From an uncultured Propionibacteriaceae bacterium (GTDB lineage: Bacteria; Actinomycetota; Actinomycetes; Propionibacteriales; Propionibacteriaceae), in contig CAUUQR010000002.1 in the NCBI GenBank assembly GCA_963547335.1, positions 1,182 through 65,181 of the forward strand: a stretch of 64,000 nucleotides of DNA, read 5' to 3'. Under the pieces are notes generated by a model that saw nothing but the letters and a program-made list of their open reading frames with translations, was not told the origin of the DNA and did no database searches. The translations under genes were made by a program, and so were the position numbers. This document shows, in pieces, positions 11,542 through 17,642 of this stretch (its first letter is position 1; the number at the start of each line of letters is the position of its first letter).

Positions 11542-12816
11542 TCAGCAGCGTGTCCCGAGGCGCAATGGATTGATGCCCTGCGCAGCCATGACATACCAGG
11601 ATGTCGCCCCAATGTGCAGGCTCGTGTGGGCCATCTCATCGCCACCGGAGCCACCTGAATACCCCACGGATGTGTCTGCCTGGATGCCCTTGCCATCGGC
11701 ATTCGGTCCGTGCACCTGGGCGGTTTCCACGGTCGTCAGATATTCCTTGGACTTGGCGGCATTGGCACCTTGCGCACTGCACTTCAGCGCCAGGGCCATG
11801 TGGGCTGTGCCTTCCAGCCATACGACGTTGTCGTTGCGATCCAAACGGTCTTTGACGATCTGCAAGGCGTAGCGTGTGCCGGTAAAGGGGTAGTTCGGAG
11901 TGCTCTTGTCGGTGGTCTCCAGGTTTTTGACAGCCCAGTCAAGTCCACGATTTAGAGACTGGTCGCCCAAGGCCAGGACCGCCCACGAGTGGATGTCTTC
12001 CGGAATGTACTCCGAGTCGTTGCTCGTGACACCGTCGTCCTGGGTTCCCGTTGAGAACCGGCCCTCTTGGTTGTTCCACATGCTGCGCACGAATTTCTCG
12101 GCACTGCTGCGGGCCTGTTCCCACTTGGCATCCCCTGAGAGCTCATGGAGCATTCCGAACAGGCCGATCATGTCGATATTGTGCTCCGTGGACTTCCACG
12201 TCGCTTTTGTGCCATCAATTTTGTAGCCGCCGGTGAAGCCTCCGGCCCCGCGGCTGTCACTGGTCTCGCGGAGCAACCATTCCCCGATCTTCGCCGCACC
12301 CTGCTGGTATTTGGCATCTCCTGTGGCCTTGGCAAGGTGTGCCAAGGCCATGCCAGCCCAAGCCATATTTCCTGCGGCCGGACCAGATGAGGTGATGTTT
12401 GGCCTCCCGTTAGGCAGGAAGAGCTGGTCCGGCATGTAGGCGTTGCGTATCCGACCGTCTCCTGCCGGATCCTTAGCTTGCAGCTCAAGGATGGTGTTTC
12501 CCATGTTCTTTGCGCGTTCCAGGTTTTCAGGGCTGTCAGGTCGGTTGGCATAGGCGATGATCGTCAAAGCATCGTCGTAGATGACCGAGGGATTCCAGCT
12601 CTCCTTCTCACCTTTGTGATAACTGGAGGGGAGTCGCAGCTGTGAGCCCTTTCCCCACTCGTCCATCGCTTCATCCAGATGCTTATATGCGTTTGCGACA
12701 TGAGGGTATATAGCATCATTGTTTGGAAGGGCCCGGGCTGGGGAGGCCTGGAGACCTATGGAGCCGATCAGTGATGCGGCGAAAGTTAATCTAGCCACGC
12801 CGGTTAGTATCTTCAT
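11542..12816 (-). CDS. Secreted protein, possibly an (alpha/alpha)6 six-hairpin glycosidase-like fold
   Basis: The N-terminal signal peptide is MKILTGVARLTFAASLIGSIGLQASPARA. Repeated helical hairpin-like segments contain W/G-rich motifs (GNMAWAGMALAHLAKATGD, GGFTGGYK, WKSTEHNIDMIGLF, HSWAVLALGD). Codon usage is atypical, with A/T-rich third positions. The family was not identified. Confidence 0.5.
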   Translation of the reverse strand: MKILTGVARLTFAASLIGSIGLQASPARALPNNDAIYPHVANAYKHLDEAMDEWGKGSQLRLPSSYHKGEKESWNPSVIYDDALTIIAYANRPDSPENLERAKNMGNTILELQAKDPAGDGRIRNAYMPDQLFLPNGRPNITSSGPAAGNMAWAGMALAHLAKATGDAKYQQGAAKIGEWLLRETSDSRGAGGFTGGYKIDGTKATWKSTEHNIDMIGLFGMLHELSGDAKWEQARSSAEKFVRSMWNNQEGRFSTGTQDDGVTSNDSEYIPEDIHSWAVLALGDQSLNRGLDWAVKNLETTDKSTPNYPFTGTRYALQIVKDRLDRNDNVVWLEGTAHMALALKCSAQGANAAKSKEYLTTVETAQVHGPNADGKGIQADTSVGYSGGSGGDEMAHTSLHIGATSWYVMAAQGINPLRLGTRC

Positions 12817-13356
12817 TAATATTTCCTATTCTCCTGGCTGTGTGGAAAGGGCGATGCTAGGCCGACCGCCAGGTTCTTCCGACCATCTCTGCCTGTGCCA
12901 CGTCGCGACTCGACATGTATGGAAGAGATCGCGAGTAACAGTTTGGCTCCGGTGAGAAGCAAAAGCTGCAAGACCTCTCACCAGAGACGCTGGCAGGTCG
13001 CCTACCGGGCACCCTACAGCAGGAGGGTGTCAGAGGCGCTCGACCTCCGTGACCCCGAGCCGAAGTGAGATGCATCGGTGGCCAAGCGGGGTAAATCGCA
13101 GCGGAAAGTGTAAAACAGGTGGCTGAAGGAGGATCATTGGGGTCAAATGGCTAGGCCGTGAAAACCACTGAGGGGGAAGTGGCTTCTGAGGTCCGAGCGC
13201 GATGACCCTGGGCCCTGTCTGAGGATGTCAAAGTCGCGGCGAAGAGACTGTCGAACAGATGTGAAACCTTTCATCTTCTCCCGCGAAAAAGGGCGCGGTG
13301 GCCACACCCCCTGAGTCGCCACACCGGACATGATCCTCTGACGTTGGCGTGCCGTG

Positions 13357-13384
13357 TTGAAAGCTGCGAGGAGGATGCTAACGT
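13357..13384 (+). promoter_or_regulatory. Candidate sigma-70-type promoter for the three-ORF cassette
   Basis: TTGAAA (13357-13362), a 16-nt spacer, then TAACGT (13379-13384, TAnnnT). The site is about 40 nt upstream of ATG 13424. Confidence 0.3.
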
Positions 13385-13423
13385 CAATTGCAGAAAGTTG
13401 CCTGGTGAGAAAGGGGCGTAGCG

Positions 13424-13597
13424 ATGAAACCTGGCACGATGATCGGCTCAGTCCTTCTGGGGGCGGTGTTGACCGGCCTCGTCTTGACGCCGTCGTCGGC
13501 GAGAGCTGATGAGACTCTGCCTGAAGAGGCGCGGGCTGCGGTTGAGCGTGCCGTGAAGGGTGCGCTGACAGACGAGGACCGGGAGCTCCTGGTGTGA
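13424..13597 (+). CDS. 57-aa ORF: signal peptide plus acidic helical segment (too short for the ORF track)
   Basis: ATG 13424 is preceded by AAAGGGG. The product is MKPGTMIGSVLLGAVLTGLVLTPSSARA/DETLPEEARAAVERAVKGALTDEDRELLV, with an AxA cleavage site. The stop TGA 13595-13597 overlaps the next GTG. It may be the 5' part of a frameshifted gene. Confidence 0.5.
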   Translation: MKPGTMIGSVLLGAVLTGLVLTPSSARADETLPEEARAAVERAVKGALTDEDRELLV

Positions 13598-14037
13598 CAG
13601 AGTATCCGGAGGTGGCCGCAAGGCTGCCAGACCTCGAGGCTGTGGAGACGGAGCTCTCAGAGGAACCTGCTGGGCAAGCTTCAACTGTGAGTGGTCGCAG
13701 TTGCACCACATATACAGGAAAGGCTACTCAATGGTCTCTTCTTCGGAGCGTGATATATAAGTTTACGCATAGCGCCACGGTGTGCGCTGATGGAGTGAGA
13801 ATCCTGAGTCATTCTGATCCTAGTTCCACTATGGAGGAGCCTCGGTGGGTGATCGATAACTGGGAAGTGGTGGATAAGAGCGTTTTCGGCGTCGGAACCC
13901 AGGCCTCGAAGTCTCGAATTCAACTCAGAGTTCGATATTGCGTGGTAAAGGTTGGCTGTTATGCCGTAACTTACCCGACGGGAGTTATTGAGGCCAAGCC
14001 GAATCAAACGGCAGATATACAAACAAGGGCTGCGTGA
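13594..14037 (+). CDS. Hypothetical 147-aa protein: acidic linker plus beta-rich four-Cys domain, no signal peptide of its own
   Basis: The GTG start forms a GTGA overlap with the upstream ORF. Cys residues sit at positions 37, 64, 116 and 122. Composition drops to about 47-52% G+C from about 13680 onward. I recognise no family. Confidence 0.5.
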   Translation: MTEYPEVAARLPDLEAVETELSEEPAGQASTVSGRSCTTYTGKATQWSLLRSVIYKFTHSATVCADGVRILSHSDPSSTMEEPRWVIDNWEVVDKSVFGVGTQASKSRIQLRVRYCVVKVGCYAVTYPTGVIEAKPNQTADIQTRAA

Positions 14038-14240
14038 TATTTGTGAAACGGGTTGCGTTATTGGCTGTAGTCATTTTTGGCTGGTTTGTCGCGCTGTTGT
14101 TCTCGGCATCGTGTCTTATGGCCTTTGGGGGCGTAGGATCAATCGAGTTAGGACTGCTGGGCTTGTTCTGGTTGGTGATAGCGGTGTTGGTCTGGCGTTC
14201 GCAGTCGAAGAAGCTTGATCAGCCGCGGGACGGAACATAG
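14034..14240 (+). CDS. 68-aa two-TM membrane mini-protein
   Basis: The GTG start forms a GTGA overlap with the upstream ORF and is preceded by AAGGG. The two hydrophobic helices are VALLAVVIFGWFVALLFSASCLMAF and LGLLGLFWLVIAVLVW. The tail is basic/polar. Confidence 0.5.
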   Translation: MIFVKRVALLAVVIFGWFVALLFSASCLMAFGGVGSIELGLLGLFWLVIAVLVWRSQSKKLDQPRDGT

Positions 14241-14289
14241 CTGAATCTGTCGGCTTCTGGCTGCGTCGCACTAGGTAGGGGTTCACGGG

Positions 14290-15534
14290 CTACCGCTGGT
14301 CCTGTGCGGCCAGGAAACCCAGGGGAACATGCAGCAGGTGGGGGCGCATTCGGGTTTCGTAGATCGTCTCATATATGGCCTTGTCGGTTTCGTAGGCTTC
14401 CAGCAGGGTTAGGGCTGATGCGTCGGCTGGGCCGTAGCCGTCGAGCAGGGCGTCGCGGGTTTCGTCCAGCCAGCCCTGGGGAGAGTCTCCCTCTGAGGCG
14501 GCGTAGTGCAGGGAGCGGAGCATGCCCGCCACGTCACGCCATGGGGAGTCGAGGGCGCGGCGCTCCCGCAAGGGTTTGAGGGGCTCGCCCTCGAAGTCCA
14601 CATAGCGCCAGCCGTCGCCGGTGAGGAGCGCCTGCCCGAGGTGGCAGTCGCCGTGGATGCGCTGGGCAGGAAATCGCAACCCCTCCAAGGCCTGGTAGCG
14701 GCTGAGGATTGCCGGCCTGTACCGGGCAAGCTCTGGCACCTCGGCAGCCGCCTCTTCCAGATGACGCTTGAAATCTGTTGCGATATCCTCCCCGGGAAGG
14801 ACCGTGGTTGGCAGGCGCTCTGCCAGCAGTCGGTGGACGACGGCCAGCTGCCGACCTAGCTGTTGGGCATCGTCGGAAAAGGACCGTCTGGCAGCTGCCG
14901 CGCGGCAGGCCTCCACATAGCCATCGCGGGGCTCGGGCAGGGCCTCCAGGAAGATTCCCAGGTCTGCGCCCTGCCACGACCAGGTGCCGTACAGCTCCGC
15001 CACAGCCCCTGAACCGGCCAGGACGCGATGCAATTCCACGTCGAGGTTCACCCCCTCCTCCAACCGCCGGAAGACCTTACCCACGATCTGGTCTCCGTAG
15101 AAGATCGAGGTGTTCGACTGCTCACCGAGATAACGTCTTCCGGTCAGGCCGGATGGGACTTCCCGGAGCCGTTCGAAACCGGGCCTCTGACGTTGCAGGC
15201 ATCCCAGCAACACGGCGAGCGCCGCCTCGTTGCCGGTGGCCTCCAGTGCATCAAATGACTCGCCATCCCAGGTGAACTGCGCCAGGGGCCTGCTGGGGCA
15301 GGTCCCTGGCGAATAGCAGGCAAGGGGAACGTGATACCGCTCAGGCTCTCCCGTGGGATAGCTGACGTGGAGGATGGCGCTGCGCAGGCCGGGGGTGTGC
15401 CCGGCCGGTGGCTGGAACCATTCGGTGAGCTCCATCCCGTCGAGGTGACCATCCCGGGTGCGTCCCGAGAACCACCGGGACGCAGCGGCGAGGCCCCAGA
15501 GCGCATCCCGCAATGGTCCTAGTGAGCAGGTCAT
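14290..15534 (-). CDS. mak: Maltokinase (maltose 1-phosphate-forming; Mak/Pep2)
   Basis: It has the aminoglycoside-phosphotransferase-like catalytic motif RIHGDCHLGQALL...YVDFEGEP characteristic of Mak. It starts 4 nt after the glgE stop. Confidence 0.85.
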   Translation of the reverse strand: MTCSLGPLRDALWGLAAASRWFSGRTRDGHLDGMELTEWFQPPAGHTPGLRSAILHVSYPTGEPERYHVPLACYSPGTCPSRPLAQFTWDGESFDALEATGNEAALAVLLGCLQRQRPGFERLREVPSGLTGRRYLGEQSNTSIFYGDQIVGKVFRRLEEGVNLDVELHRVLAGSGAVAELYGTWSWQGADLGIFLEALPEPRDGYVEACRAAAARRSFSDDAQQLGRQLAVVHRLLAERLPTTVLPGEDIATDFKRHLEEAAAEVPELARYRPAILSRYQALEGLRFPAQRIHGDCHLGQALLTGDGWRYVDFEGEPLKPLRERRALDSPWRDVAGMLRSLHYAASEGDSPQGWLDETRDALLDGYGPADASALTLLEAYETDKAIYETIYETRMRPHLLHVPLGFLAAQDQR

Positions 15535-15538
15535 GGCG

Positions 15539-17581
15539 TCAGAACTGGGTCACATGGAAGATGTGCGCCGGCCTGCCGGGATACAGCCGCACCCAGTTGC
15601 GCTCTCCCCAGATGTAGTCCTCGCCGGTGAGCTCGTCGTGAACCTCCACCTGTGCGCCGGGAGGCAGGCCGAGCGCCGCCAGATCCAGGTAGACATCAGA
15701 CTCGACGGTGTTGTCTGGATCCAGGGAGCACACCACCAGCATCACATCGTCGGCATCATGTTTGGAATAGACGATCACCGAGTCGTGGGGGGCGTGGTGG
15801 AAGTGGATGTCACGCAGCTGCTGCAGCGCCGGATGACGCTCGCGAATGCCGTTCAACTGCCCCAGCAGCAGATTGAGGTTCGGAGTGGACCTGAAATCCC
15901 GTGGACGGTATTCGTACTTCTCGGAGTCCAGGTATTCTTCGCGGCCGATCGCATTCGGCTTGTGCTCGAACAGTTCGAATCCCGAGTAAACTCCCCAGCT
16001 GGGGGACAATGTCGCCGCAAGAATGGCGCGAATGGCGAAGATCGCGGGATTCCCCGACTGCAGATGGAAGGGGTTGATGTCCGGGGTGTTCACAAAGAAA
16101 TTCGGACGGTAGTACGCGGCCATCTCCCCGGACAGCTCCGTCAGATATTCGGTCAGCTCCCATTTGGTGACCCGCCAGGTGAAATAGGTGTAGGATTGTT
16201 GGAATCCCACCTTTCCGAGGGCGCCCATCATCTGAGGTCTGGTGAAGGCCTCAGCCAGGAAAATCACCTCGGGGTTGGTCTCGTGGACGCGCTCCAGCAG
16301 CCAGTCCCAGAACTCGACGGGCTTGGTGTGAGGGTTGTCGACGCGGAAGATCGTGACGCCGCGGTCGATCCACAGCTGCACGATGCGCAAAACCTCCGCG
16401 TAGATGCCCTCAGGATCATTGTCGAAGTTCAGGGGATAGATGTCCTGGTATTTCTTGGGTGGGTTCTCCGCATACGCGATTGTTCCATCCAGCCGGGTGG
16501 TGAACCACTCGGGATGATCCTGCACCCAGGGATGGTCGGGGGAGGCCTGCAATGCGAGATCCAAAGCCAGCTCAAGTCCGAGGGACTTGGCCTTCGCGAC
16601 GAACCGCTCAAAAGACTCCTCGTCGCCGAGATCCGGATGGATCGCGTCGTGTCCTCCGTCGGGGGAACCGATGGCCCAAGGCGACCCCGGGTCCTCAGCG
16701 GTGGCTTCCAGGGAATTGTTCCTTCCCCTCTTGAAAGCAGATCCGATGGGATGGATGGGTGGCAGGTAGACGACGTTGAAACCCATCTCCGCGGCAGCCT
16801 CAAGACGCTCATGGGAGGTGTCGAAGGTTCCGGAATGCCAGTGGCCGGAATCATCCTGCCAAGCCCCCTGAGAACGCGGGAAGAACTCGTACCACGACGA
16901 GTAGAGGGCTCTGCGCCGCTCGACGCGGATGGGATACTCCTGGGTGGGGGAGATGCATTCGCGTGGGCCGAAGCGGGCCATCGCACGTCCGATCGGCCGG
17001 GAGTTGATCAGATCCAGCAGCTCGTCAACCGGTGTGTCCACGGTGAGCACATCGTGGGCGGCGTGCAGCAGATGAGCCGCAGCCTTCACGCGGGCGGCCT
17101 CTGCGGTCTCTGCGGCCCGAGCCAGGAGGTCGCGGCCCTCCAGGCAGAGCAGCTCCACATCCATGCCCAACGGCAGTTTCGCAATCGCGTGGTGATGCCA
17201 CGTTCCCCAGGGGTCCGACCAGCCCTCGACCCGATACGTCCAGTCCCCCTCCGTGGCCATGCGGACGTGGGCCTGCCAGATGTCCAGCCCCTTGGGCTCC
17301 ACCTGCATCATGTCGATGCGACGCTGGGTGCCATGCGGGGAGGTGAGGATCACGGAGGCGTTGACCGCGTCATGCCCCTCACGGAACACATTCGCCGTGA
17401 TGAGGAGGCGTTCGTGCGCCACGGCTTTGACCGGGTAGGCGCCGTCGGCGATGACGGGAGAGACCCCGGTGACTGGTATGCGGCCGAAACCGCCCTCGGT
17501 GCGTCGCAGATGTACTCGGATCGGCGTTGGCTCATTCACAACTCCCAGCCTAATCCCTGTGGGGGCAGCCGGGCAGCGCAA
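15539..17581 (-). CDS. glgE: Alpha-1,4-glucan:maltose-1-phosphate maltosyltransferase
   Basis: Motifs are GRIPVTGVSPV...YPVKAV...VFREGHDAV at the N-terminus and FRVDNPHTKPVEFWDW in the GH13_3 core. The start is uncertain: TTG 17581 or GTG 17539. Confidence 0.9.
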   Translation of the reverse strand: MRCPAAPTGIRLGVVNEPTPIRVHLRRTEGGFGRIPVTGVSPVIADGAYPVKAVAHERLLITANVFREGHDAVNASVILTSPHGTQRRIDMMQVEPKGLDIWQAHVRMATEGDWTYRVEGWSDPWGTWHHHAIAKLPLGMDVELLCLEGRDLLARAAETAEAARVKAAAHLLHAAHDVLTVDTPVDELLDLINSRPIGRAMARFGPRECISPTQEYPIRVERRRALYSSWYEFFPRSQGAWQDDSGHWHSGTFDTSHERLEAAAEMGFNVVYLPPIHPIGSAFKRGRNNSLEATAEDPGSPWAIGSPDGGHDAIHPDLGDEESFERFVAKAKSLGLELALDLALQASPDHPWVQDHPEWFTTRLDGTIAYAENPPKKYQDIYPLNFDNDPEGIYAEVLRIVQLWIDRGVTIFRVDNPHTKPVEFWDWLLERVHETNPEVIFLAEAFTRPQMMGALGKVGFQQSYTYFTWRVTKWELTEYLTELSGEMAAYYRPNFFVNTPDINPFHLQSGNPAIFAIRAILAATLSPSWGVYSGFELFEHKPNAIGREEYLDSEKYEYRPRDFRSTPNLNLLLGQLNGIRERHPALQQLRDIHFHHAPHDSVIVYSKHDADDVMLVVCSLDPDNTVESDVYLDLAALGLPPGAQVEVHDELTGEDYIWGERNWVRLYPGRPAHIFHVTQF

Positions 17582-17642
17582 GGTCAGCCGCTGACGCCTG
17601 TCGAGTTTCCATCGTCAAACAGTCGCGCTGTATTTTGTACGC

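Larger units (their letters stand above)
11429..14289. other. AT-richer accessory island interrupting the glgE-mak / glgB cluster
   Basis: Hand counts of single 60-nt lines give 43% (12661-12720), 52% (13741-13800), 48% (13921-13980) and 47% (14041-14100) G+C. A core line (20041-20100) gives 68%. No integrase, transposase, tRNA or flanking repeats were seen. Confidence 0.5.

Noticed and set aside
12985-13060. Possible cobalamin riboswitch on the minus strand upstream of the secreted-protein gene. It has a B12-box-like GGCGACCTGCC (complement of 12992-13002) and CCCTCCTGCTGTAG resembling CCCGCCACUGU.
   Set aside because: The GGUG...AAUCC core, the GCCACUG and the GGGAAGGC elements are not present. 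The B12 box has extra nucleotides relative to the consensus, and the downstream gene has no obvious B12 link. An Infernal scan would be needed to revive this.
13143-13709. 188-aa minus-strand ORF spanning the island gap and ORF1
   Set aside because: Its 5' part is antisense to the signal-peptide ORF and is Ser/Pro/Arg-rich. Only the last ~60 codons lie in non-coding DNA and they match nothing I recognise. It is kept only as a remark under the long-gap finding.
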